Positions 11,658 to 25,259 of a stretch of DNA of 64,000 nucleotides are shown here, piece after piece. Positions within the stretch are counted from its first letter, which is position 1. Every line of letters starts with the position of its first letter. The notes under the pieces are model-generated. The model was given only the letters and a program-made list of their open reading frames with translations. It was not told the DNA's origin and did not search any database. Origin of the DNA: Octopus vulgaris (taxonomy: Eukaryota); contig OX597826.1 in assembly GCA_951406725.2 (NCBI GenBank), positions 38,812,001 through 38,876,000 of the forward strand. The letters are read 5' to 3'. The translations under genes were made by a program, and so were the position numbers.

Positions 11658-14437
11658 AATGATAATAGTTAAATAAATAATCAAATAGAGTTAAACAATA
11701 TTTATTTAAGAAATAAATAAAATAATAATTTTTCTTATAGAAAAAACTCCATTAAATAAATTAGAAACTTAAAACATTAGGATTATTTCCTACAACACAT
11801 TTATTATGTTAAATATTTATTTTTAAGGTAAAAAAATAGATAGAAATATGTATTTATCTTTGAGGGTATAATTTGGCTTTAAAAACATAATAAACTCCCG
11901 AATATCTTTAACTCAGTTATACTCCAATATTTAATTACCAAATTATTTAACAAAATAATCACTATTCATATTTTTAGATTTAAGTTCACATCTAATAATT
12001 ATAAAATATTTAAAAACAAGTATCTAAATTATAATCAACAAATATAGTAATTAAAAATCTAAAATTTTCCCTATCAATAAATATATAGACATGTAAAGAA
12101 AAATCAATAAATTAATTAGCCCATTATTACTTACATATATATTATAAATATCAATAGAATATATTTATGAAATACATTTAAAAATTTAAAGATTAAAAAT
12201 CAAATTAAAAACGTATAACCGATCTTAAAAGAACCGTATAACTATTTTACGATCTATAATACCACAGTGACTAAGTAATATTTTACATTTTACGTACAGT
12301 TATAATCTAATAATTAAATATACATATCTAAAATATCATCAACTAAATAACTATAGATTCAAATTAACAATCAGTAGTTATATAGAATACAATACAATAA
12401 AACCTCTTAAAATATCTTAAATTTCTTAAATAGAAGAAGGTTTACTTAACTCTCAAAAACCGTGTCATTAACTAAAATTTCAAAGCGGAAAACGTCTTTG
12501 AAGCGTTTATAAGGAAACTCGTGGAATTACGTAATTAACAGAAATAGAATAAACAGATGGAAAAATTATTTTAACAATGAAAACTACGAATAAATATTAT
12601 CAATGGAAAAGACGGTTATATTTTAGCTTTAATAGATAAAGAGAACAAAGTCACTAATAGTGAATATAATCACTATATACTATAATATCTTTCACTATAA
12701 ACCTAAAATTTATAATAAATTATACTCAAACTCTATAAATTAAATAATTTATACAACTGCCATTTACTGTATATTCTCTAAAAATCTTATACAAATTAAT
12801 TTATTTTATATATATAAAAAAAGGTTACGTTGGAGTCAAATCTTTATTTAAATAAAATAACTTTTAGACACATTCAATATTAACTCAGCAGTAATTCAAA
12901 CATTATCTATATTATGACCACTAATTAATAAACTAAATTAAATTAAAAACTATAATGTAATAAAATTCATTAATATAATATTAATTAATTAAATAAACAT
13001 CTAAATAAAACTACTTCGAAATATATAATAAATACATTTTGATTAATTTTAAAAAATTATTACAAACTATAACCAAAACTGTCGTATATAATAAATATAT
13101 ATTATATATCAAATTAATACTCAAAACAAATGCTAAATAATAATAAATTAAGCTTATTATATAGGTAAAGTAATATATATTTAGGTCAAATAGTTCGTTC
13201 TTTAATTGAATAAATAAAGTACATTTTATCATTATAAATAAATAGTACATAAAGAAAAAAAATTATTATTCTACACATTAAAATTTATTAATTTAACGTT
13301 ACTAAAACTATCACCAAAAAGATATATATACTTAATACTGTTAATTTTAGTAGACATATAATAATCATAGTAATAACAATAATAATAACAAAACCAACCA
13401 CAAAAAAATTAAATAACTATCTTTTAATCTATATTCATTAAATACATTATATATTTAGAAATAAAATAGACACCTAAATATAATCTAACTATAAGTATTT
13501 AAAGAACCTTTACTAACTCTTATTGACTAATACTCAAACCACCTACAGAATTGCAAACACAACACTATTATCATTAATTAATATATTTATTTTATTTATT
13601 TATTTATTTAGTTATTTAATAATATTAAATTATGTAATATGCAATATAAATCACATACTAAATTTAGAATTAATTCTATTACAAAATATAACTACAAATT
13701 AGAAACAAAATAGGGTTTAAATATAGTTGCTATTTATCTAAAAATTTATTATATAAGTAAAGTAATTTGTGTCTACATTTAATTTTACGCTCGCCTAATG
13801 TATTCACTAATTTATTATGATTATTAAATAATATTTCATTAAATTCACTAGAACATAAATGATAACAATTGCTACCTATACTATATGATTTTGCCTTACA
13901 AATTATATCCCACTTTAAATTATACTTAATTCGTTGGGATTTTAGTCCCCATAAGTATTTGCTAAGCTCTGTAGAGTTCATAAGATTTTGATTTTTAAAT
14001 GAATGCGTATACTGTGCTATTCTTAATTCAATTTTAGAGGAAGTGGACCCTGTATAAATGGCGTTTAAGTTATTATTATTCCTATTATTCTCACTAATTA
14101 ATGTAACTATACATTTATATACAACATCGTTTAAATCACATTTATTATTAAATTTACACTTAGTTTTATCTCTACATGTACAATCTATGAGTGCTTTATC
14201 TTTATTATTATTAGTATGATTATAAAATTTCGTTTTATAAAAATTATTCAACTTAAAGCTAAAAGAAGAAATAATGTTACCTACATTATTAGTGGTAGAA
14301 TAACCAACTCCAAAATTATTACTGGAGAAAATTTTTTTAGATTTACGATTATCATGAATGAATTGTTCAATAATGTTTAAAATCTCATTTAATAATGTTA
14401 GTTTAAACTTGAGTCCCACAAGGAACAATTAACCAAA

Positions 14438-14477
<40 letters not shown>

Positions 14478-14483
<6 letters not shown>

Positions 14484-14692
14484 TAGTTTTATTTTTATAG
14501 CGTGCTTTCACTTCACTACCGAGCGCAGCTCTGTGTGGCCTTAGGTATGTGCTGTGATTTGTTGTGATGCTCTGATGGTTATTGTATGGAAAGTATTCTG
14601 CGTAGGATGTGTGCAGTGCCTAGTAGTGCAATTTTCTGTATGTTATATGCGTTTGTAAGTCCTGGTGTTTTTGTTATGTATTTGTCTGAATA

Positions 14693-14695
<3 letters not shown>
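14478..14695 (-). mobile_element. R4/Dong-like LINE 3' fragment (family 1) inserted in (TAA)n
   Basis: Matches the 3' end at 18995-19211 (QKIALL..AHIL plus the 3' UTR) and is flanked by (TTA)n on both sides. Confidence 0.85.
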
Positions 14696-14728
<33 letters not shown>

Positions 14729-14752
14729 GATTAACACTATTATTATTAATCA

Positions 14753-14822
<70 letters not shown>

Positions 14823-15237
14823 AATAATATTACCATTATTATATTTCTTTTTAATAGTATTAAAAAATTATAATTATAATTATAATTATCATTTATTGAA
14901 TTAAAATTGAAATTCATCTTATTTCTATTTTTATTTTTATTTTTATTTTCATTTTTATTATTATAAGTACTACAATTATAATTATTACTTCTACAATACT
15001 ACTAATATTACTATTATAATTATTATAATTGGTATTAATATTCTTATTTTTAGTTTCATTAAAGAATTTAATATTATTATTATTATATCCTGCCTCTCGC
15101 AGGGCTTCATTATAATAAGGTGCATGTTTATTGAAAATCTCTAAATCATAAGAAAGTAATGATATTCGTTTACTAATATTATTTATCTACGATTTTTTAA
15201 TTGATGGTGGATGATTACTATTAGCATTTATGTATCT

Positions 15238-15900
15238 CAAGAGGCCATGGAGCTGTGCCCAAAGAAATTGTGCCAGCTGATCATGGTGGTGCTGTGTCTG
15301 TTGTGACTGTACAGACCCACATGGGAGTGGCAGTCACACATATAGCAACTGCATTTGGAAGAGCTTTCTGCCAGTGCTGATGATTTTTCCTTCCATTGAG
15401 TGTGCTTTTCTTTAATGGTGAGTACCTGTTTTTCTTCCACTCTCTTCATTCCCTTTCACAGTATTTGCCTCCAGTGTGGGCGATCATTTGCAACCTCCTC
15501 CTGTCTCAGGACGTCCAGATCAAGCAACTTGATATCTCTCTTTGAAATGAAGATGAGGTTGTCCTCGTGCTCTTGTACCTGTAGCCAATTCCCCATACAG
15601 GAGGTCTTTTGGGACCCTTGCATCTGGCATGTGATGGACATGACTGAGCAAATGCAAATGATGCTGCTGGAGCAAGATGTGTGTGCTGGGTATCTTTGCT
15701 CAGTTGAGAACTTTAGTGTTGGAGATGTGGTTGGTCCACTTGATGTCCAAGATGCGTCTTATATTGCAAAGTGAAAGACATTGAGATGCCGCTCCTGTCT
15801 AGAGTAGAGGTTCTACATCTCCATACAATTCATTACAATACAATAATCTCCCAAATCACTGTGCCTAGCATATGGAGGTCAGACTTGCTGTCAGATTAGC
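15238..15900 (-). mobile_element. RTE-clade LINE 3' fragment
   Basis: C-terminal peptides EVANDRPHWR and CYMCDCHSHVGLYSH (terminal zinc-finger-like motif). Frameshifted. Confidence 0.75.
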
Positions 15901-16075
15901 AAGTCTAGAAACATATTGTATATGATTAGGCCAATGATTTGTAATGTATTGCATAATCTTATAGATGCTGCACATCTTACATAACCAAATTTATTTATAT
16001 CTATCTATCTATCTATATATATATATATATATACATATATATATAATCTATCTTTCTATCTATCTACCTATCTTT

Positions 16076-16126
<51 letters not shown>

Positions 16127-16621
16127 TACACACACACACATACACACACACACACACACGCACATGGAGTAAAACCAATATATCCAAAAATTTATACTAA
16201 CACATATTTCTCTGAATGTGTAAGGTATGTGAATAAAAGTTCTAATCATCCTATAAATATCATAAATTCTATTTAAAATATGTCAACACGTCTTTTGAGG
16301 CTTTCTGCTAATATGGCTGTATTTGAACAAAATGACTAGTACTATAACCACACATTATCTGAAGGATAAAAATTTATTACACCCAGAATCAAAATGGTAA
16401 TAAAATTCCTGGTAATGATAGTATATAAAATATGATGAGCCTTGACAGAGAGGGCAATAAAAATAAATACATCAAACAAGCATATTTAAGAGAGCTAGGT
16501 AATAACCAGAAGAATAATACAAATTAGATGTATAAGAAAGGCAGTCTTAGAGATAAGCACATTAATAAGCATAGATGTAATTCTGAAGATACTAAGAGTA
16601 TAATTAATAATAATAATAATA

Positions 16622-17167
16622 AATGCCATGATGCAGTACCAGGCAGTGGCTCTCATGGCTTCTGATCTTAACTGATTGGAAGTGTTATCATGTACATGTT
16701 TTGTCTTGGTATAAAAGAAGGGCTACAGCAAATATTCTGCTCAATACCATGGATTTGCTTGTCAGTTGCTTGACCATAACCAGTTGAGGATGTCCCTTAG
16801 TGGCTGACGATATGTGCATCTCTGATCACGAGCAGAAGTAGTGGGGGAATATCATAGCCGTGTGTTGAGAGGGATTCTTTGGGATTTGAATAATTCACCT
16901 CTGGAAACATGGGTGTTTCGTTCAACATCCTTAAACAACCCTTATTCAGGGATCTTTTGTGTGGGATAGGTTACTTGACCAGAAGAAAATTCTAACTGGA
17001 CCCCACCTGCAAGGTTGTGTGCTGTTTATCTTGATATGAGATCACCATGTCGTGCACATATGGTTGTGATGCATGTGCCTAGTGTACCCTTATCAGAGGG
17101 GTAGTCATGATGGGTATACTAGGCTTCATATATTTTACCCCAGTGTCACTTTGATGGCATGCACTCA
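16622..17167 (+). mobile_element. Non-coding interspersed element of about 545 bp embedded in (AAT)n (strand inferred)
   Basis: A second partial inverted copy lies at 44314-44590. Both abut (AAT)n/(TTA)n arrays. No meaningful ORF. Confidence 0.7.
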
Positions 17168-17168
17168 A

Positions 17169-17169
17169 C

Positions 17170-17237
<68 letters not shown>
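17169..17237. repeat. (AAT)n microsatellite
   Basis: Directly visible; it separates two insertions. Confidence 0.97.
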
Positions 17238-17238
<1 letters not shown>

Positions 17239-17239
17239 C

Positions 17240-19211
17240 AAGGATCAATAAAGCCATAAATGAAGACAGTCACAGAAAGAAGAAGGGTCTAATTATGGCC
17301 TGGATTGATTACCGAAAGGCTTTTAATAATATTCCCCATGCATGGATCCTGGAAATACTAGCCATAAACAAGGTAGCACTAGTAATCATAAAATATATAA
17401 CACATTTCATGAATAAATGGCAGACAGTGCTACAGCTCCTGACAAAAGAGGGACTCATAAAAACCAAAGCCATCACCATTAGAAAAGGAATATTCTAGGG
17501 AGACACGCTTTCTCCATTCCTTTTCTGCTGGGCACTGACACCTTTATCTGACATGCTAATCAGAACTGGATGCTGATACAACTGTTGCAGCAAAGCAATC
17601 AGTCACCTCTTATATATGGATGACCTAAAACTGTACACTACAAATGATAAACAGTTGAAAACATTACTACAGACAGTACATGGATTCACCAAAGAAATAA
17701 ACATAAAATTGGCAACCTTGAAAAGAGTAGCAACATCACACTAGATAAAGCAAATGAAATAAGAGAATTAGACCAAAGCCAGACATAAGAATATTTAGGA
17801 ATCAATGAACTAGATGCAATACAACACGCACAAATGAAAGAGAAAATAAAAAAGAATACTATAGAAGAGTTAGATTAATACTGAAAACAGAGCTCAGTGC
17901 GAAAAACAAGATAATAGGTATCAACACTTTAGCCGTCCCAGTTATAAGTTACAGTTACAATATCCTTAACTGGACACTAAATGAATTAATCAAAGTAGAC
18001 AAAACAAGAAAAATAATGACAGGATTTGGGATGCACCACCCAAAATCTGACATAGTAAGGTTATATATACAATGTGTAGTAGGGAGTAGTGGCCTTATAC
18101 AGCTAGAAAACTAGTACAAAATAACCACCATAGGACTACAAAAATACCTACTTCAGAAGCATGGAAAACTCAAACAAATAGCCACAAAAAAAAAAAAACT
18201 GTTTTCAGTCTTTAAGGAAGCTGACAAATACAAAAAAAGAAAAGTCATACTACCTAACAAATATGAAGAAAAAGAAGAAACTACAAAAACTATAAAACAA
18301 CTGAAATCCAAACTAAAACTGGAACAGCGATGTACCATGATAAAACGATGGCAAGAAAAGCCCCTTCATGGCTAATACTGGGTTAAACTAATGCAAAAGA
18401 AATAGAAAAAGCAAAATCCCAACAATGGCTGAGAACCTCAGGACTCAGAGCAGAGACTGAAGGATTTTTAATTGCAGCACAAGACCAAAGCCTCCCCACC
18501 AGAAATTACCAAAAACATTTAATGAAAAGAAACATAACTTGTAACTTCAGAATATGTGGAGAAACAATAAATCATATTGCCTCTGGCTGCTCAGTCCTGG
18601 CTAAGAAGGAATATATTCACAGATACAAGAGAGTTGGGACCCATATACACAGGAAGCTATGCCAACACAATGGAATAACAACAGATAGAAGATGGTATTG
18701 GCACAGACCAGAAAAGGTTACATAAAATGAGAAAGCAACCATACTCTGGGATATGCCAATACACACTGATAGAGAAATTAAGACCAATAGGCCAAATATA
18801 GTTGTCAGAGATCATCAAGATAAAAAAATGCTTTCTAACTGATGTATCAATACCAACAGATAACAACGTTTCTCTAAAAGAAATGGAGAAACTTTCAAAA
18901 TACAAAAATCTGGAAATAGAGGTAACTTGAATGTGGAGTCAAAAAACAGAAACAATTCCTATCGTAATAGGTGCATTAGGTATGATAAAGACATATTCAG
19001 ACAAATACATAACAAAAACACCAGGACTAACAATTATATATAACATACAGAAAATAGCACTACTAGTCACTGCACACATCCTACATAAAACACTTTCAAT
19101 ACAGTAACTACAATATAAGAGCATTACAACAAACCACAGCACATTCCCAAGGCACACAGAGCTGTGCTCGGTAGTGCAGTGAAAGCACGTGATAAAAACA
19201 AGACTACTGAG
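17240..19211 (+). mobile_element. R4/Dong-like non-LTR retrotransposon, family 1, 5'-truncated (RT, CCHC knuckle, REL endonuclease), pseudogenised
   Basis: Motifs: MAWIDYRKAFNNIPH, RKGIF*GDTLSP, HLLYMDDLKL, ETEGFLIAAQDQ, CGETINHIASGC, ILWDMPI..NRPNIV and QKIALL. Flanked by (AAT)n. Confidence 0.92.
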
Positions 19212-19231
19212 TGATAATAATAATAATATAA

Positions 19232-21550
19232 TGGGAGTGACAAAAGGAAAGATCCATTGTGGAAAAGAAGAATACAGGCAGTGTTAGAGATGTTCTTGAA
19301 GGACATTTCTGTGTTATAATGAAATGAGAAGTGTGAGCTTAAAAGTGAACAAAAATGCAGAGCATTGAACAGGAAGTGTGATATTGAAAGAACAGGCCTG
19401 AAAGTGGTAATGGAGGAACTGAAACAGCACCTCATTGCAAAGATGGTAAGATACGACTAATGAATGAAGGGATACCAGCAAAAGAGGTTATTCAGAGTAG
19501 ATCAGAAGAGACTCTACAAAGAAATAACTAGAGAGTGTACAGATGAAAAGTTGATACCAGATAACATTGAAAGCCAAAGGTTTGGAGTGACATCTGGAGC
19601 TAAGATAAGGAGCACAAGAAGGATGATGAATGGTTGCAAGAACTGAAACAAACAGTAGTCTGTCCACAACAGGCTGAACTAGTCATTTCAGTTAAGGAAG
19701 TGAAGGAAATTAGCAAAAAAATGGGCAACTGGAAGGTCCTGGGACCAGATGGAGTTCAAGGCTACTGGATCAAAAGATTTGGTGTATGTCATGCATGAAT
19801 AGCTGCACAATTCAACACCTTGTTAAATGCCAACCAAATAACACCAGAGTGGTTGACAATGGGCTGGACAATGCTGTGCTTGAAAAACATCGAAAAAGGC
19901 AGTAAAGTAGGCAATTACAAGCCAATATCCTGCTTGTCACCTATGTGGAAATTATTGACGGGAATAGACATAGAGTTAATGTACTGGCATCTTTAAAAAA
20001 AACTAGAGTCCTACCACATGAGCAGAAGGGGTACAAGCATAAATGCAAAGGTATCAAAGATCAACTACTGGTAAACAAAACTGTACTTAGAGACTGCAAG
20101 GGGAGGAAAACTAACTTAGCCATGTCATGGATCAATTATTGTAAGGCATATGATATGATCCACTATTCTTGGATTATAGAATGTATGAACCTGTTTGGTA
20201 TTATGTCAAATGTTGAGCAATTGCTTGGAAAAAGTATGGCGAAGTGGAGGTCAGAACTGACAGTATATGAAAGAAATTTAGGGACAATAGAAATCAGGAG
20301 AGGCATCTTCCAAGGGGACTGCCTGTCCTCACTGATCTTTGTATTGTGCATGATACGACTAACACTGATTCTGAGGAAAGTAAAGGCTGGGTATGTATTC
20401 AAGAGCCGCCAACAAAAAGTCAACCACTTGTTATTCATGGATCACCTCAAACTTTATGGTAAAGATGAAGCCCAAGTCAGTTCCCTCGTTGATACGGTGT
20501 ATACTTTCACTGCTGACATCAGAATGAAGTGAAAAAGTGCGGTGAGTTAGTCTTGAAGAGAGGCAAAATTAAATGTATGGCCGGGCAAGCAATACCATCA
20601 GGGTTATGAAGCAAATAGAAAAGACAGGCTATAAGTACTTGGGGGATATTGGAAATGGATAAATTGATGGAGAAAGAAATGACAGAAAAATTTAAGGTTG
20701 AGTACTTGCGCAGACTGAGACTGATCCTTAAGTCAAAATTAAACAGACGGAATAAGATTGAAGCTATTAACACCTAGGCAGTCTCACTTCTTAGATATGG
20801 AGCAGGGGTAATCACATAAACAGTAGATTAAAAACTGAAAAGGGAGACTCTAATCTGTGTGCCCAAGAGCAAGAGTTAAGAACAAATTACATCAAATACA
20901 GAATAGACGACACATCAGAAAATGATAAATGCAGAATTTGTGGACAAAATAGTGAAGCCGTATGGTATATTACCAGTCAATGTAAGCCACTAGCCCAGAA
21001 AGAATATGAGACATCATGTCAACATAGCAAGGATTGTCCATTGGACACTCTGCAAAAAGTTGATAGAGCAAAAAAGTGGTACAAACATAAACCCGAAGGT
21101 ATCATCGAAAATGATAATGCAAAGTTCCTATGGGATTTTGTGATTTAGTGTAACCATGAAATAGAGAAACCTGACATAATGTTAATTGAGAAAGAAAGCA
21201 AATGATGCCGGATCATAGATATAACATGCCCAGTTGACAACAAGGTATGCAATAAGGAGATAGATATGACAGGTTAACATGGGAGGTTAAGCAGTTGTGG
21301 TCACTGAAAAAAGCAGTAGTAGTACCAATAATTGCCCTGGGAATGGTGAGTAAAAATCTTGAGAAGTGCATGGAACAAATAGGGGCTGTAATAAGGGTGG
21401 AGTACTCGCAGAAAACAGCACTGCTTGGAAATGCTCAAATACTCCTGATGGTGCTTGAAAAATAAGTGGTGTTACCTTAGTTCACTGGTTCTGAACAGTT
21501 GACACCATAGTACATCTCCAGCATTAGAAGCTGAGAAGTAGTGTAAAGAC
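19232..21550 (+). mobile_element. R4/Dong-like non-LTR retrotransposon, family 2, 5'-truncated, pseudogenised
   Basis: Motifs: GPDGVQGYWIK, NYKPISCL, EQKG..GIKDQLL, WINYCKAYDMI, RRGIFQGDCLS, HLLFMDHLKLY, KCRICG, KPDI and QKTALLG. Begins after and ends at AAT-rich runs. Confidence 0.9.
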
Positions 21551-21954
21551 AATAAAATAATAATAATAAAAAGAAGAAGAAGAAGAAGAAGAAGAAGAAG
21601 AAGGATGACGACAATGATGACAAGAAGTCTATAGATATGAATAACAATAAAAATAAGAATTATGGCAGAAGAACAATCAAAAACATTCCATTGATGAGCA
21701 CCTTTTGTTGTTTTCAAACAGTATACTTAGAATTATATTATTTCAAAATACCCTACTTTTTTCAAGATGTGAAGTATGTGAAATTTTAAGAGACATTTGG
21801 CTGCTATTGCTAGCAGTTTGAGTGAATAAATAGAGGGTATTTAATGGTTCTCTACAGTACTCATTCAATGAAGGCTTGAATTATGAAATATATTAATCAA
21901 ATCTTCACATCACATTGTACTATTTTAAAAAGGATACATTCGATTACACACTTA

Positions 21955-23233
21955 TATCTGGTCAACCCATAAGTTCAGTCCGATTTTACCTTTTTTAAAA
22001 TTGATTGAAATTTAATAGTATTTTAGAATGTCTAATGGAATTAAAAATTATTTTTATGCATTTGTGTACATTTAAACTAATTAAATATTATTTTAAAAGA
22101 ATAATAGAATTAAAATTTCTTTGATTAAAACCTGTTCTAACATGGAAGTATCCAAAGAGCATTTGAGGTACATAATGCTTTATGAGTACAAAAAAGGAAA
22201 CTCTACAGCCAAAGCAACTCAAAACATACTCTCAGTTTATGGGAAAGACTGCTTGAATGAAAGAACTTGCAGAAGATGGTTTGCAAAATTCAGAAGTGGA
22301 GATTTCAGACTTGAAGATGAAGATTGAACAGTTTGATGATAATCTCCTTGAAGCACTACTTGAAGATAATCCTGCATTATCAGTTGAAGAATTGGCAATA
22401 AAACTTAGTTCAAACCATACAACTGTTCATTGTCATCTTCAACAACTTGGAAAGGTTCCTAAATGTGGAAAATGGGTACCGCAGGAATTATCTGAAAGCA
22501 ACTGCAAATCCCGAGTTGGCATCTGCTCTTCTCTCCATTCTCATGAACTCATTTCACCCATTTTGGATAAATTTGTGACTGATGACAAAAAATGGATCTT
22601 CTATCGAAATGCAAAATGTCATAAACAGTGGCTTGGTAAAAGGGAAAAGGCTCAACCACAACCGAGAAGGGAACTTCATGGAAAAAAGGTTCTTCTTTCT
22701 ATCTGGTGGGATTGAAAAGGAGTAATTCACTTTGAATTGTTACCACCTAATGCAACAATCAATGTTCAAGTCCACTGTCAGCAATTAGAGCGTTTGAACC
22801 AAACGTTGAAGGAAAATAGACCCACTGTAGTGAATCAAAAAGGAGTGATGTTTCATCAGGACAATGTGTGACCCCATACTGCAAAGATCACATCACAGAA
22901 GATTGAAGAGCTTAGTTGGGAAAAAATTCCTCATCCACCTTATTCTCCCGACCTTGCTCCATCAGACTACCATTTGTTTCATAGTCTACAGAATCATTTG
23001 GGGGACATAACTTTCGCAAGCTAGGAGGAGGTCGAAACTGACATTTCAGAGTTCTTTGCTTTGAAACCAAAAGAGTTTTTCATTGATGGAATTAAAAAGC
23101 TTGTAAATAGATGGAAGGAAGCCATAGATAATCAGGGAAAGTACATTGATGATTAAATTTCAATTAAATATAACATTTGATCACTTGTTTTCTTTATTCA
23201 AAATTAGGATAGAATTTATGGGATGACCTGATA
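21955..23233 (+). mobile_element. Full-length mariner (about 1.28 kb), transposase pseudogene 22142-23156
   Basis: TIRs TATCTGGTCAACCCATAAGTTC / GAATTTATGGGATGACCTGATA. Motifs RWFAKFRSG, WVPQEL, VTDDKKW, HQDN and HPPYSPDLAPSDYHLF. One frameshift or deletion and several stops. Confidence 0.95.
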
Positions 23234-23540
23234 AATACACTAGATTTAAAAAGATGCAATGGTTATGACTGGAATGTTTTTGACCATAGGTCTAGCCTGG
23301 GGTTAAATCCTACCACCCCAAGTATTTATGATGATGAAATCAACTAAAGGTACTGCTTACACAGTTGTTCAACCTGCTAAGTATAGCAATCAAGTCTCCC
23401 TCAAATTGCACTTGACCATTAAAAACCTTGTATGTGGTCCAGGGTTCTCTGCATATAGGAAAAAGATGGGATTGTGACAGCTGGAATGTCCTTGGCCTTG
23501 TTCAATCAGTGCTGACAAAGAGCTAAAGAACAATAACAGC
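23234..23540 (+). repeat. Unclassified interspersed repeat of about 200 bp (other copies about 1185-1370, 21885-21954, 38870-39030, 39050-39290)
   Basis: Shared motifs CTAGAAATAGCAGCCAAATCT-like, CTGGAATG..TTTGA.CATAGGT and GCTAAA.AACAA.AACA. Confidence 0.55.
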
Positions 23541-24299
23541 ACCACTTTCATCTAAGTAGACAACCAGTCAGCCAATCCAGTCTGTTGTTGCAGTTATTGT
23601 TATTATTTATCTGCTTTCTTTGTCACCATCCTACTGTCACCACCACTACAATCACTAGCAATAATACCTTAGTATAATGTTTCAGAGCATAATTGACCTA
23701 GATCTTCTGACCACAGGTATGTGAAATATTTCACATATCCTCTCTCCCTCTTTGTGTGTGTGCCGGTACACACGTATGCACATGCACACACACTCACACA
23801 GGTACATTTTGCTCTATCTCTTCCTCTCTCCCTCTGCCCCTCTATATATATCGTCATATGTGTGCGTGTGAATTCTACGTTTTACCTCTTAATTCCTGAA
23901 TTTCTAATTCAAATTTCTAATCACACCTTACATTATGAAGAAATAATCATCTCCCTTGTAATAGTTGCCATCACTAGAGAAAAACATGTGTATATGTTTT
24001 GTTATTTTATTAAAAATAGAAGTGCAAGTTTGCATTTTTATGTTAGAACACTTGAAGATTACACTGACTTGAAACTCAAGTCACAAGACTAACTCTTTGT
24101 TTCAATTTCAATAAAGAACTATATTTTTTACCACATGTATTGAACACTCCTCTTCTATTGATATATTGTATGTTGCTTTCTGTGCCTTGACCCAAGCATA
24201 TGATGGGGTTCGCCTAGTTGAGCTGGGAAATTAATGGAATACATGGTGTGTGTCTTGTCGTGGTAACCCCCTCCTATAGGGAATTTAGGCCTTGTATTC

Positions 24300-24790
<491 letters not shown>

Positions 24791-25259
24791 TAAAATGGCC
24801 TGTATAACTGAGGAAGAGTTGAAGAGAGATTGAGCTATGATCCGTGGCAAAGAGATGAGAGATGGTAAGTAAAAGAAGATGCGCAAATATAGGAGGGAAC
24901 AAGGGAGAAGAAAGGGAGTACTGACACAGTTGAAAGGAAAGAAAAGATACAGTTGAAAATGTGATAGCAGTGATTGTGTGGTGGGTGGGGATTGAGGGCT
25001 ATCCAATGTAATAAGGGAGCATATATGGACAGGTGTAAGAGAAGGGGGACATTAAGGGAGTGATAGACTAGGGTGGAAATGAATCTTGAGAGAGTCATTG
25101 GGGGAAAGAGAGGTGTAACAGGTTGTACAGGTAGGCCAGAGGATGTGGGATGAAAAAGCAACTTCATCCATTCTTTTTTGATGTTACTGTAACTGGTCCC
25201 ATTTACTTGAGTAGCACTTGCAGTTTCTGCATGGAGCAAAGGGTCTCTGATGTTTATTA

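Larger units (their letters stand above)
11390..15237 (-). mobile_element. Very AT-rich Penelope-like element: RT C-terminus, Asn-rich linker, GIY-YIG endonuclease (ORF 13730-14428) and about 2.3 kb of 3' region
   Basis: Motifs: SNHPPSIKK..NISKRIS..FNKHAPYYNEALREAGY (about 15085-15225), KIWLIVP, CTCRDKTKC, DVVYKC..IYTGST..ELRIAQYTHSF, STELSKYLWGLK, CYHLCSSE and KCRH. Confidence 0.88.

Noticed and set aside
11700-13700. Possible mitochondrial insertion (extreme AT richness)
   Set aside because: No mitochondrial gene, rRNA or tRNA was recognised, and the region lies between a PLE ORF and a PLE terminus.
16625-16680. HDV-like ribozyme at the 5' end (GCCATGA/TCATGGC pairing)
   Set aside because: P3/L3, P1.1 and J4/2 could not be built by eye.
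22121-23156. Domesticated SETMAR-like gene
   Set aside because: It has stops and a frameshift, retains its TIRs and has no SET domain, so it is an ordinary dead mariner.
23885-23975. Minus-strand exon-like segment with acceptor TTTTTCTCTAG and donor AG|GTAAAA
   Set aside because: No convincing reading frame; a UTR exon cannot be supported without RNA data.
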